A DNA stretch of 64,000 nt from Octopus bimaculoides (GCF_001194135.2 NC_068990.1:91939283-92003282); one strand, 5' to 3'. Positions 25,331-39,105 are shown, counted from the first letter of the stretch. Numbers and translations are program-made. Notes: generated from the sequence alone by a model not told the origin.

Positions 25331-28300
25331 NNNNNNNNNNAAAATGGATGGCACCATGAAAGAAAGTATTGAATGTAGATGAAATATTGAGTGTTCAATA
25401 TAAAGGATCAAATATATAAATATATAAATATAAATATATATATATAAAGGCGACTCGAGTTTCAGGGCTATTTCCCTTCGTCATGGCCGGTATGACAGAC
25501 TTTGGTGTTTTTAAACGTGAAATCTCTCCTTCACCTGCTCCACCCCCACCTCTGAAAGTTAAGGAAAAAAGAAGAGTAACTGGAGATGGAGGGTGGCTGC
25601 AATGCTGGGTAAAAATTTGATTCAGTGAGGTGAGCATTATTAACTCCTACATTCTGCAGTTGTAAGCAAGCACGGAACCTAAAGAGATTTTGGAAGGGGG
25701 CAAAATGGGGTGGGGTGCATATCCGACACGCCTTCTTGGACATTGTCAGCTAGTGACTCACTATTTTCCACCTACATTTTGTGATCACAAACCGAAACAT
25801 ACGTAATATATATATATATATATATANNNNNNNNNNNNNNNNNNNNNNNNNNNNNNNNNNNNNNNNNNNNNNNNNNNNNNNNNNNNNNNNNNNNNNNNNN
25901 NNNNNNNNNNNNNNNNNNNNNNNNNNNNNNNNNNNNNNNNNNNNNNNNNNNNNNNNNNNNNNNNNNNNNNNNNNNNNNNNNNNNNNNNNNNNNNNNNNNN
26001 NNNNNNNNNNNNNNNNNNNNNNNNNNNNNNNNNNNNNNNNNNNNNNNNNNNNNNNNNNNNNNNNNNNNNNNNNNNNNNNNNNNNNNNNNNNNNNNNNNNN
26101 NNNNNNNNNNNNNNNNNNNNNNNNNNNNNNNNNNNNNNNNNNNNNNNNNNNNNNNNNNNNNNNNNNNNNNNNNNNNNNNNNNNNNNNNNNNNNNNNNNNN
26201 NNNNNNNNNNNNNNNNNNNNNNNNNNNNNNNNNNNNNNNNNNNNNNNNNNNNNNNNNNNNNNNNNNNNNNNNNNNNNNNNNNNNNNNNNNNNNNNNNNNN
26301 NNNNNNNNNNNNNNNNNNNNNNNNNNNNNNNNNNNNNNNNNNNNNNNNNNNNNNNNNNNNNNNNNNNNNNNNNNNNNNNNNNNNNNNNNNNNNNNNNNNN
26401 NNNNNNNNNNNNNNNNNNNNNNNNNNNNNNNNNNNNNNNNNNNNNNNNNNNNNNNNNNNNNNNNNNNNNNNNNNNNNNNNNNNNNNNNNNNNNNNNNNNN
26501 NNNNNNNNNNNNNNNNNNNNNNNNNNNNNNNNNNNNNNNNNNNNNNNNNNNNNNNNNNNNNNNNNNNNNNNNNNNNNNNNNNNNNNNNNNNNNNNNATAT
26601 ATATGCAGAGAGAGAGAGGAAATAGGACGATGCTGATGGCGTTGTATAAAAAATGTCAACAAGTCGTCACCGGGATCAACTGTAAAAGTGAACAGTTTAA
26701 AAATTAGAACTAAATAAACGCACGTGCTTTCTCGGTTCTTACACACCTACACACACACACACCTACACACACACACACCTACACACACACACACACCTTC
26801 ATCTCCATGTTATGCATAAAGGGTGGCGGCAATGAACTGGGATTGTCTGACAAATGTGCGTGAGAGAAAGAGAGTGGGTATGTATGAATGAGGGTAGATC
26901 TACGAGTAGGAGGGTGGAAGTGTGCATGTGTGTGTTTGTGTTTACGCTACGCCGTGGGGCATAAAGAGGACGCAACATAAATAACAGCAATATAAACAAA
27001 ACACACACACACAAGATAGGCTTCTCTACAGTTTCCGTCTCAGAAAATACTAATTAACCCTGGATCCGCTTCGTTGTAAGATAAGCTTCTTGATTATAAA
27101 GTCGTGTCTAATTGAAACAGTAAGTTTCGACCCTCAATAATAAACTGTGAACAATGTACTTCATGGACATCGTACTTTTTCGGCGTTTGTAAACAGAAGC
27201 GTAAACCAACCAACACACACACAGACACAAACTATCATGTATGTGTGTCACCGATTAACAACTATTGTTAGTTTCTTTACATTCCCGTATTGTAAATAAA
27301 TAGCAGACTGTGTCCCAGTATGACCACAGGCCACAGACAAGACACACGCGCCCCACAAACACGTGTGTAAATGAATGTGTGTATACATACACATATGAAA
27401 GTGAGAACGTACAAATGCACACACACAGACACAGAGATGCGTGTGTCCGTAGCAGACAGGTTTACGAAGTCGAAGGAAGTTTTGGAAAGCAGAGTCCAAG
27501 ATGCAAAATTGGGAAATTAAACAGGATTTTTAACAAAAGAAATATTTTAACCATTCTTTGTCTTCTTTATATTTTGTTGTTTTTTTTTTTTTACTATTAG
27601 TTATTAGACACAAAAACACAAACCCGTAAGAACAACAATACATCAGAATAAACGAAAACAAACTTGCAAAGATAAATAATAGTTAATATATTGGATATAA
27701 ATTTTAATTTATATACATTATAAATAAATTTTATAGATATGGGTAAGTACAGGGGTTGATTAGTTTGACGAAAATTCCACAAGCCGGGGGCAAGACTTTC
27801 GCCCCCCCCAAAACCACCCTTTTTTTAAGAATTATTTTTATTTTACTTTTTTTTTCTAAATGTGCGGAAAAATACGGAGATTATGATTCGGACAAAAATT
27901 TCAAAACATTTCTGTACTTACGGTTAGGGGGTTAGGGTTTTAGGGTTAGTGTTGGGGAAAAAAGTCAAAATTGAAGAATTGGGGGAGGGGGTAACAATGC
28001 CGATTTTTGGCAAATTTCCGGAACCTCCGTATCCGAAAACGGGGGTTTTGGGGCAAAAANNNNNNNNNNNNNNNNNNNNNNNNNNNNNNNNNNNNNNNNN
28101 NNNNNNNNNNNNNNNNNNNNNNNNNNNNNNNNNNNNNNNNNNNNNNNNNNNNNNNNNNNNNNNNNNNNNNNNNNNNNNNNNNNNNNNNNNNNNNNNNNNN
28201 NNNNNNNNNNNNNNNNNNNNNNNNNNNNNNNNNNNNNNNNNNNNNNNNNNNNNNNNNNNNNNNNNNNNNNNNNNNNNNNNNNNNNNNNNNNNNNNNNNNN

Positions 28301-29640
28301 NNNNNNNNNNNNNNNNNNNNNNNNNNNNNNNNNNNNNNNNNNNNNNNNNNNNNNNNNNNNNNNNNNNNNNNNNNNNNNNNNNNNNNNNNNNNNNNNNNNN
28401 NNNNNNNNNNNNNNNNNNNNNNNNNNNNNNNNAACAGAAGATATGACTGTGATCTTAATTTACTTTTTAATTAATAGCCAGTAATAAATGGTCTTGCGTT
28501 GTATGTGTTAAAACATGTTTAAGATAGCAGAGAGGAAGGGGATGGTCGTAGGGTCGATCACAGCATGCCAACGACATAATTTGAGGGAGCGGTTGAATGG
28601 ATTACATCAGCACCAGGTATTTAGCTTACATACCCGTTTCCCCCCGCCACAACCACCCCATACCTGCGAAACCGATTTAAGCACGACGTGAATTCAGAAA
28701 ACTTACAAAACTCATAACTTTCGCTGTCGTTTCTGCCAGTTTTTAGCCACGTTCAAATCCTAATTAGATACACTTTATTTTTCATCGCCAAGGGGTCAAG
28801 CTTTGAAACGCGCTCCTTCCCCTCCTACTGGCTACTTTAGAAAGGGTTACTGTTTTGAGGTACTTTTGAAAGCATCATCGAAGAAAACTTAACTTTTTTT
28901 TTACGGCGATACATCAGCACAGCGGGGGTAAAGAACACGCACACCACCCGTTTTCGGCGGTTAAGGTTACGTGTGCATATTCCTTACCTTTGCCTATCAC
29001 AATAAAAATCGGGACAAGGAAGGCCTCTTCGTCAAATTATACTCGGCTCTCTTGGAAAGAGGATTCATTACGTGCTGTGATGCTGGTCCTGGATACACTA
29101 AACCTGGAAACAAGTCGAGACGCTCATGGTTGGAACACCCTTCTTCACAGACCAGTTGAATTACGGTCGACCTGGGGCTAAACTAATACGATACAATAAT
29201 AAAGTGCAGAAAAGTTTTTAGCAGTCTGCCTCATCAGCTGTACACTTTTATGTAACATTCATCTTGTACAAGTGATGTAGCAGCGTAATACTAATGTAAA
29301 ACAGCTGTGGTACGACTCAAGGTACATTTGTTATACAGCTGCAGGACCAACATAACACAAATCTCGTAGTACCACTGCAACACAGTTGTAATTAATACTC
29401 AATGTAACACACCGTTGTGGTACCACTGTATTTAACACCAACGTAACACAGTTGTAACACCTCTGCAACACGACTGAGTAACCACACAGGTAGGGTACTA
29501 ATTGTTACATAACCACACACAAAGTGAAACTTACTATAATTGTACGCATTAGGCATGGATACATGCCTTGTTGACCTATTAGCGTGCATGTGAAAGTTTC
29601 AAGCAAGTAACTGCGTGTATGCATTTCGACAAACTCTATA

Positions 29641-29691
<51 letters not shown>

Positions 29692-30006
29692 NNNNNNNNN
29701 NNNNNNNNNNNNNNNNNNNNNNNNNNNNNNNNNNNNNNNNNNNNNNNNNNNNNNNNNNNNNNNNNNNNNNNNNNNNNNNNNNNNNNNNNNNNNNNNNNNN
29801 NNNNNNNNNNNNNNNNNNNNNNNNNNNNNNNNNNNNNNNNNNNNNNNNNNNNNNNNNNNNNNNNNNNNNNNNNNNNNNNNNNNNNNNNNNNNNNNNNNNN
29901 NNNNNNNNNNNNNNNNNNNNNNNNNNNNNNNNNNNNNNNNNNNNNNNNNNNNNNNNNNNNNNNNNNNNNNNNNNNNNNNNNNNNNNNNNNNNNNNNNNNN
30001 NNNNNN

Positions 30007-30040
<34 letters not shown>

Positions 30041-30760
30041 GTATATACGTATATACGACGGGCTTCTTTCAGTTTCCGTCTACGAAATCCACTCACAAGG
30101 CTGTGGTTGGCCCGAGGCTATAGTAGAAGACACTTGCCCAAGGTGCCACGCAGTGGGACTGAACCCGGGACCATGTGGTTGGTAAGCAAGCTACTTACCA
30201 CACAGCCACCACTTCGAAACTATTTCGACAAATATGCGATACTTCCACATAAATACCAAGAATTGTTTCATTTTCATTATAGACTCTCTTAGATTCCTTT
30301 CTGGAAAATGTATATTCTCGGTGAATTTCTTACAAAATAGTTACATTTGAGCATAAATTGTAAACAAGTTTAGATAAAAATCTGTTTAATATTCATCTAT
30401 TTAGCCTATTCTAAATACAGCACACGCTGTGCGTGTACTCACAGCAAATGAGTGTATGTAAGAGAATGTGTGTGCGTCGGGTGTGTGCACGCGTGAACAG
30501 AAAAAGTACTTTTAACAGTCACCTATATCGCAATGTACGAACGTAATGAGATAGGCTTCGGTTTCATTCATTAAAGCGCTATCATTTTAATTACAACTTA
30601 ACAACTGGCGAGGTGTACACATTATATATATATTATATAATGGCGGTGCTCCAGCATAACGACAGTCATCGGACTGAAACATAAAAGAATAAAAGAATTT
30701 ACATATATGTACATGTATGAATGTATATATATAAATATATATGTATATATATATGTATAC

Positions 30761-31140
30761 TCTTTACTCTTTTACTTGTTTCAGTCATTTGACTGCGCCC
30801 ATACTGGAGCACCGCGTTTTAGTGGATCAAATCGACCCCAGAGCTTATTCTTTGTAAGCCTAGTACTTATTCTATCGGTTACTTTTGCCGAAACGCTAAG
30901 TTACGGGGACGTAAACACACCTGCATCGGTTGTCAAGCGATGTTGGGGGGGAGCAGACACACACACACACACACATATATACGATGGGATTCTTTCAGTT
31001 TCTGTCTACCAAATCCACTCACAAGGCTTTGGTTGGCCCGAGGCTATAGTAGAAGATACTTGCCCAAGGTGCAATGCAGTGGGACTGAACCCGGGACCAT
31101 GTGATTGGTAAGCAAACTACTTACCACACAGCCACTTCTG
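30761..31140 (-). mobile_element. Family A SINE, full length
   Basis: Reverse complement of the family A consensus from tail (cttttacttgtttcagtcatttgactg) to head (cttaccacacagccac). Confidence 0.85.
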
Positions 31141-31319
31141 TAAGTATATATGTAAACGTATATATGTATATACGTATATGTATATATATATGTATACATC
31201 TATTACATATTTATGTGTATATATATATATGTGTATGTATATATTTATATGTATGTACATATATGTATCTATAGATTTATGTATGTCGGTGCATGTATGT
31301 ATCTATCTATAGATTAATG

Positions 31320-31403
<84 letters not shown>

Positions 31404-32911
31404 TGTGTGTGTGTATGTAATGTTACATCTGTAAGGTACGTAGTGTTGACAATGAAATGAGAATTATGAGGGAGAGAAAGTGGAAGAATGTGAAGAGTGA
31501 GCAGAGAGGAGGAGACGGAGGGGATGAGGAAACGTGAATCAATGACAGATCCACACATGTAAATGGTGGTGGTGGTGGTGGTGGTGGAGGTGGCGGAATG
31601 AGACGCGCGTGAGAGCGCGTGTGCGCGAGTATGACATGTATATTGAATGAATTTACACACACACAGATAGGTACAAGATAGAGAACTTAAACGAAAGGAT
31701 AGCTTACATAATTGCGTATGCACACACGTATATATGTGTATGTGTGTAAAATACACACACACACAATACAAATAGGAAACTTTAAGCTACACCCTTCCCC
31801 CCCACACACACACACACACCAGTACTGAAAAAAATCTTTGTGAGGGGGAAGGGCGGAGTAAAGAAAATAGAAAGCGAAAACTTGAAAGAGAAGAAATTGC
31901 GTGAGTGTATATTTATAGTTCACAGTATAGGTGAAAATAAATTTGCGTATGTGCTTATGCAGTGTGTGTGTGTGTATATAGACAGGTCTGCGCGCGCGCG
32001 AACGTATATAAATATACATACACAGATGTCTGTGTGCGTGTGTGAATATAGATATATAGACACACGCCTGCGTGTGTGTGTGTGTATGTATATATATAAA
32101 CAGATAGTTACGTACGTATATATATAACATGCATATATACAAAACGCACACACACAATACATACATAGACATTATATATACACAGGCACATACACACATA
32201 TATGCCTTCAAACTTTTGTACAAGATAAGGAGTAACAGTGAAACCAGACATACTTTCATGTACCTGAGTGTGTGCGTGTTTTATAGTGAACATGCAAATA
32301 ACTTAGTGACCATAACAACGAAACGGTTTTGTAATTAGCCACAAGGGCGACACATTACGCTACAGGGAGAGATTACGAAAAACGGACGTACTTAACATAG
32401 ATTCGGTTACGAATTAACGAAAGAAAAACTGGATGAAAGCGAACCAAACTTTATATCAAACAATAAGTCCACACACAGACATGCATACATACACCATTTA
32501 ATAAAAATTAACAAAGTTTCTTTTTATCGGCCACAAAAGGGCAATCGAGAAAGATCTTAAACTGACGGGAACCTGACGCAAAAGAGCAGAGCCAATATAC
32601 ACAATATACACCTTAATATTCAATAAAACAATACGGTTAAGGCAAAACACACACATACACGCGCGCGTATCTACACACGCACAGTGTACGTATTTGAACT
32701 AAGAGGCAGTATAGAAGTTAATAAGTAATAATAACAATAGTAATAAATACTAATAATAGGTCACTCACCTTTTTACTCATGTCGCAGTCTGTGAAGTGAT
32801 ACGGTAAATATCAAGAATTGGCGACATGTACAGACAATAATAGCTGGGCCAGTTCCTATGAGGTCCTCCCTCAAGACGTAGATAGATTGGGGTACGTGTA
32901 TGTGTGTGTGA

Positions 32912-32973
<62 letters not shown>

Positions 32974-33132
32974 ATGTATATATTAATGCAGGGTGGCTTC
33001 CTGGCTATGTAGATGTAGATTTGTGGTAATGATGATGATGATAAACAGGAATAGAAACTTCTTTCGTAGCTGTTTTTGTGTAATAATTACTTCTCCAGAA
33101 TCAGATATAGCTTTCGCCGTAGATTATATACG

Positions 33133-33163
<31 letters not shown>

Positions 33164-33423
33164 GGATAGTGTATGCGTGTGTGTGAATGTGCGAAGAGAT
33201 GAAACGATGAGGACGTTAGTAAAGGAAGAGGTAGATTTCGAAACCCAGGAATGGAAACAAAAAACCAGTATTGATATAATCAAATCTGTTGTGTATGTCG
33301 ATGTATCTATGTCTTGGGTTCAAAGACAGACGAATGGATAGTTAACATAGGTAATATGATGGGATGTGCGTGTGGAGAGACAGACAATGAGACGCATGGA
33401 TGGACTGACGGAGGTTAACGAAG

Positions 33424-33469
<46 letters not shown>

Positions 33470-33659
33470 TGTGTGTATATCGTATATTTTTTGCGCCGTT
33501 CACTCAGGCCTTTAACCTTTCAAAGACTTCATAAACAGGAGTGCCTGGCTGCAATTCGTTATTAAAAGTTGCTGTGGTTGTTGTATACAAATGTTATGTA
33601 TGTGTGTACAATATACATATATGTGTGTGTTTGTGTGGTTATATATATATAAATTTGTG

Positions 33660-33697
<38 letters not shown>

Positions 33698-34194
33698 TAT
33701 ATATATATATATTGAAACAACAATCCAGCAATAGAATTCTCGAGCTGTGCACTTTCACCAGCAAAACAACATTTAGTAAATAAAAACGACCCCGGCTGAA
33801 GGTGGTGACGAGGGCGGAGGAGGAGAAGATGAAGGGGAGGAGCAGCAGCGAGCGGGAGACGAAGGAGGAGGAGGCGGAGGAGGAGCAACAACAAAGGCGA
33901 CGGGTGGAGGAGGAGGAGGAATTTAGAATAAGTGAACGGGAGGCCTCGTAGAATTAGAAGAAGGAGGAGGAATCGCGTAAAGAGAAGGGGAGGCTATTAC
34001 GAAATAACATAAAATGAATGTAAACATATAAATAATAAAAAAAAAATTCTTGTGAACGAAACAAAACAAGGAAAGAGAAGTCATCAATGAATGGTGTTTC
34101 AAGATGTGTAGAAATCGTAAGAACACACACACACACACATAATATGCGGGAAGAATGCATAGGTGAATATATTTATAGTACTTTTAATTGTAAT

Positions 34195-34228
<34 letters not shown>

Positions 34229-34574
34229 TGCTTTTATATATAACTGGACATCGAGATATATTCAAATATATTCAGGAATACAAGTAGATATGCAATCTTG
34301 TATATTTCTATATATTGTATGCAAATGTGTGTGTGTATGTGCACTGTTAGTGTATATGTGTATATTTTTACGTGTATAAATGTATCAATATTTTATTTAT
34401 ATATATATATGCGCAGATAGGTAAGCATACATACGAACATAGAAATGTATATTTACATTCACACTCACACACACACACATACATATAAACATATACACAC
34501 ATGTATACATCTATATATACATTCATATTTATACACATACACACAAATATATGCAGCATGATATATCTATCTAT

Positions 34575-34614
<40 letters not shown>

Positions 34615-35014
34615 TGAATATACACATGTGTAGATACCTATATACATTATCCATATATAAGTCTGACCTTGTAAGATATAATCTTTATCTTACTAAAATT
34701 GACTTGAAACCATGGTACAGAATATAGATTGGTAAAAGTTTTTATTTTTCATTTCCTTTCGAAATTATCCCTAACTTTTGTGGTATGTAGTATTTTTGCT
34801 GCTATTTCTAGCGAGTAGATGTCCTATTATAGGCGTCTCTGCATTTCTAATGAATAATACATAGTCTATTGACTGTTTTTACTCTCGCTAGGCCACTGGT
34901 GGTAAATAAAATTTCTAAAATTTTCTTTGCCACCCTATAATTTATTAATAATGATAAAATACATTATCCATATATGTATATATTGGTTTCAAATTTTGGC
35001 ACAACACCAGCATA

Positions 35015-35221
35015 TTTACTCTTTTACTTGTTTCAGGTATGTGATTACGGCCATGCTGGAGCACCGCCTTTAGTCGAACAAAGAGACCCCAGGACTTATT
35101 CCTTGTTGGGCTAGTACTTATTCTATCGCTCTCTCTTGCTGGACCGCTAAGTTACGGGGACGTAAACACACAAACGTCAGTTGTCAAGAGATGGTGGGGG
35201 ACAAACAGACACACACAAACA

Positions 35222-35254
<33 letters not shown>

Positions 35255-35415
35255 CGACGGGCTTCTTTCAGTTTCCGTCTACCAAATCCACTCACAAGGC
35301 TGTGGTCAGTCCAAGGCTATAGTAGAAGACACTTGACCAGGGTGCCATACAGTGGAACTGAACCTGGAACCATGTGGTTGGGAAGCAAGCTTCTTACGAC
35401 ACAGTCACTCCTCCA

Positions 35416-35418
<3 letters not shown>
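35015..35418 (-). mobile_element. Family A SINE, full length
   Basis: As above. Confidence 0.85.
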
Positions 35419-35459
<41 letters not shown>

Positions 35460-35835
35460 TTCACACATATATGCAAATATGAATAAACATAGTTACATGT
35501 GTGTACACAGACACATGCACACACATACGTGTAAGACACAGGTATGAATAGAACTTCATATTGTTCTTAAAGCCATCTTATATCAGCCATGGACCACTAT
35601 CATCCACCCTTCTTCACCACTCATATTCACTGGTATGTGCCTCTGACTTCCTCCACCCCTATCACTCTACAGCTCTCTCTCTCTCTTTCTCTCTGTCTCT
35701 CTCTATTTTTGCTGCCTCTAACCTCCCTCCTCCGCCTGTCATTTCCCTATCCTCCATTTTATTATTATTATTATTATTATGCATTTCTTCTCTGCTTCTG
35801 TACTGCCAGTCAGCACCTACTCTCCCCCAAGCCAT

Positions 35836-36030
35836 GTTTATATATTTTTGAGATGAGGAATTCTGTACATTATTCACACTGGATGGATAGGAGTCCTCAC
35901 TCATCTTGTTTTGTTATTAACAGAACGTTTCAGCTGGTGTACTCATCAGTCTTCATCAGGTGTCCTGGTGAAATTTCAATCCCCAACCTTTTATTTGACT
36001 AATGGGGTACTCTGTTCTCATTCCTTAGAT
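35836..36030 (-). mobile_element. Family H unit (Penelope-like 3' end), headless copy inverted relative to 36052-36330
   Basis: Reverse complement reads aggaatgagaacagagtaccccattagtcaaataaaaggttggggattgaaatttcaccaggacacCTGATGAagactgatgagtacaccagctGAAAcgttctgtt...aattcctcatctc. Confidence 0.75.
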
Positions 36031-36051
36031 ATTTTTTTTTTTTTGCCTACA

Positions 36052-36330
36052 GGCATATAGTGTAGTGGATAAGAGCATGGGCTACTAACCCTCAGATTCT
36101 GAGTTCAATCCCTGGCATAGACTAGGGAAATAACATCAACAGAAAAAAATAACATCAGCAAAAAAAGAACACCTTAGGAATGAGAACAGAGTACCCCATT
36201 AGTCAAATAAAGGGTTGGGGATTGAAATTCCACCAGGACACCTGATGAGGGCTGGAGAGTACACCAGCCGAAACATTGTGGTAACAACAAACAAAGTGAA
36301 GACACATTCTTCCATTGTAAATAATGGTTG
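36052..36330 (+). mobile_element. Family H: tRNA-like Pol III head plus Penelope-like tail containing a hammerhead motif
   Basis: A box tagtgtagtgg (36058-36068), anticodon-like arm gggctactaaccc, B box gagttcaatcc (36101-36111). The tail is nearly identical over about 70 nt to the inverted copy. Confidence 0.7.
36237..36282 (+). ncRNA. Type I minimal hammerhead ribozyme-like motif
   Basis: gacac-CTGATGA-G-ggctgg-agagtaca-ccagcc-GAAA-ca-tt-gtggt. Catalytic core boxes are intact and helix II is a perfect 6 bp; helix I and loop 3 are partly mutated. Confidence 0.6.
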
Positions 36331-37004
36331 ATATATGTTTATATGTATATACAGGTACAGATACATGTGTATGTACATGTGTGTGTGTGTGTGTATGCAT
36401 ATATTTAAATATTTGTATGTGTGTATATTATATATATGTACATATTTGTATGGGCATATATTTACATATGTAATTGTGTGTGTATACACACAGACATGCA
36501 AACAGGTGAGTGAATGGAAGAAATTTGGCACTCAAAACATTTTGTTGGAGTTCGATTTATGAATAGAGAATATAAAAGTTATGCCTACTTTTGAATATAA
36601 AAGTTATGCCTCCTTTCAAAACACATGTGTATATGTGAGAGTGTGTGTGTTAGAGTAGGCCATGGTGACCCATATGTGACTAAAAGACTTCACCAGGTGG
36701 TGTAATTAAGTTACACATGACCTGGGCCTATACTGGCCAAAACTATCAAAGTTTTATACATATATATGTATATATATGTATATATATATGTATATATATA
36801 TGTATATATATGTATATATATATCAAAATAAGCAACAGGATATCCAGAGGTGACGCAGTACAATTGTTTCAAGCAACTCTATTTAATTTAACAATGCAAC
36901 CATTACATCAATTTAAATGCAGAGCTATCCTCAGCTATATGTCAAACTATCCACCCTGAGCCAGGGTGGATAGTATGGACGTTAATTGATGCTCATCATC
37001 ATAT

Positions 37005-37187
37005 GTATGTATTTATGCCTTTGTTTATGAAAAGTTGTTCTGCACATCCCCACACTCCCTTCTTTCCACCAGCCTGTTCATCAGTCACAATGTTGTTCGA
37101 TTCACAATGGTCCTGGAGGAATTGGTTGAGGCAACTCGTGCACAATTTGTACATAATGTTTAGGCAAGCAATGAGCCTGTAGTCTCC
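37005..37187 (-). mobile_element. R4/Dong-like LINE RT fragment
   Basis: Minus frame reads GDYRLIACLNIMYKLCTSCLNQFLQDHCESNNIVTDEQAGGKKGVWGCAEQLFINK, matching the R4/Dong-type YRPITCLN..YK...EQ.G.K.G..GC.EQLLIN pattern. Confidence 0.75.
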
Positions 37188-37420
37188 TGCGTTTTACCTC
37201 CTCATTCTGTTGTCTGTTCTGCTCGAAGGAGCTGGCTCCATTGCGGATAGCAGTCCTCCAGGCTGTCTTATCCATGGCAATCTATTCCGATGAGTATGGC
37301 TGGATGTTAGTTTGAGCCAGGATCAAAATTGAGCTGGTCTTTAAAACGGAATTTCGTGCCTCCTCTGGGTCTTGTTCCGATTGCAAGTTCACCGTGGAGC
37401 ATGATCCTTTTAGGAGACTT
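37188..37420 (-). mobile_element. RTE (BovB-like) LINE ORF C-terminal fragment
   Basis: Minus strand reads PKRIMLHGELAIGTRPRGGTKFRFKDQL, a frameshift, then IAMDKTAWRTAIRNGASSFEQNRQQNEEVKRRR. Typical RTE C-terminus (LYGEL..G.R..G..K.R.KD.LK...DR..WR..I..G...FE). Confidence 0.8.
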
Positions 37421-38107
37421 AATTAAGCCAGCTTAATTAAGACAAAATTGTTTTAATAAATTCTTCATTATTTTCAAAATTAATTAAAACAAAACCAGTG
37501 CATTTCAACAGAAAGGACTGCCACTTGCACCATCAAAACTATCAGTAAATAACAACAACAGATGCTTGTTTTTAATGATACCAACACCACCACTGCAAGC
37601 GATGCATGTAAACAGAGTTGCAGTGCACCAACCAACAGCTTGAATCTGTGAAAAACATTTCAGCTGTAGATCCTTAAAACATCTGGATGATTTCCTGTGT
37701 AAGACATCAGATAATTCTGGCACTAACTGAGAAGATCAGAAGTAGAGTGGAACGACAAACTGCATAATAGACCAATTACTAATGTGCACCAAAATGATGC
37801 AGCAGCACAGGGAGTAATTGACTCGTGGCTGACACAGGAAAAAAAGCAACAAAACAAAAAAATATTTCCGTCATGTTCAAGAAAGGTAACGCAAATAAAA
37901 TATCCCAGAGTAGTCTCCCTTAGAAATTGCAATAATAGTGTTGTGCGTTAAGAATTTTATTTTTAAAAGCATTTCCTGGTTATGGGGTAGTGTGAAGACA
38001 CTGGTTCTCAACCATTTTTCTTTTTATTTGTGGACCCCTTTCATTTTTATTTTACTGTGGTGGACCCTCTAAGCTTTTCCATGTTAAAAAAGCCTATTAT
38101 ATGTTTT

Positions 38108-38640
38108 AGGTGCAGGAGTGGCTGTGTGGTAAGTAGCTTGCTTACCAACCACATGGTTCCGGGTTCAGTCCCACTGCGTGGCACCTTGGGCACGTGTCTT
38201 CTACTATAGCCTTGGGCCGACCAAAGCTTTGTGAGTGGATTCGGTAGACGGAAACTGAAAGAAGCCCGTCGTATATATATATGTATATGTATGTATATAT
38301 GTGTGTGTNNNNNNNNNNNNNNNNNNNNNNNNNNNNNNNNNNNNNNNNNNNNNNNNNNNNNNNNNNNNNNNNNNNNNNNNNNNNNNNNNNNNNNNNNNNN
38401 NNNNNNNNNNNNNNNNNNNNNNNNNNNNNNNNNNNNNNNNNNNNNNNNNNNNCCTCCAACATCGCTTGACAATCGATGCTGGCGTGTTTACGTCCTCGTA
38501 GCTTAGCGGTTCGGCAAAAGAGACCGATAGAATAAGTACTAGGCTTACAAAGAATAAGCTCTGGGGTCGATTTGCTCGACTAAAGGCGGTGCTCCAGCAT
38601 GGCCGCAGTCAAATGACTAAAACAAGTAAAAGAGTAAATA
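38108..38640 (+). mobile_element. Family A SINE, full length, with an assembly gap in the internal microsatellite
   Basis: Both head and tail are intact with high CpG retention. Confidence 0.85.
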
Positions 38641-38769
38641 TCATCAGGAATTGCATTTAAAACAGTGTTAAAATATTTTAAGAAAAAATCTTAAATGAAC
38701 CCCTGCAGGCTCTATAGAGCCAAATTGAGAACCATTGTTCAAAGACAAATTTTAGCAATAGGAGTTCAA

Positions 38770-39105
38770 TCTGCTGGTGGCATGTAAAAAGCACCATTCG
38801 AGCATGGTTGTTGCCAGTGCCGCCTGACTGGCTCCCATGCCGGTGGCACATAAAAATCACCATTCAAGCATGGTTGATGCCAGTACTACCCGACTAGCCC
38901 TCATGCCAGTAGCACATAAAAGCACCCACTACACTCTTGAAGTGTTTGGCACTAGGAAGGGCATCCAGCTGTAGAAACTTTGCCAGATCAGATTGGAGCC
39001 TGGTGCAGCCTTCTGGCTTGCCAGCCCTCAGTCAAACCGTCCAACCCATGCCAGCATGGAAAGCGGACATTAAACGACAACGATGACGACAATGATGATG
39101 ATGAT
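38770..39105 (+). mobile_element. Family C element with 2-3 internal ~65 bp tandem units
   Basis: Repeated ggtggcacgtaaaaagcaccattc-type units, then ggaagggcatccagctgtag and the ccatgccagcatgg tail. Confidence 0.8.

Noticed and set aside
25484-25612. Short ORF MAGMTDFGVFKREISPSPAPPPPLKVKEKRR...
   Set aside because: It looks protein-like but is short, unrecognised and has a weak donor; it needs RNA evidence.
36052-36125. tRNA gene (likewise 44401-44475 and 23080-23150)
   Set aside because: The acceptor stems do not pair and the heads run into SINE bodies, so these are tRNA-derived SINE heads.
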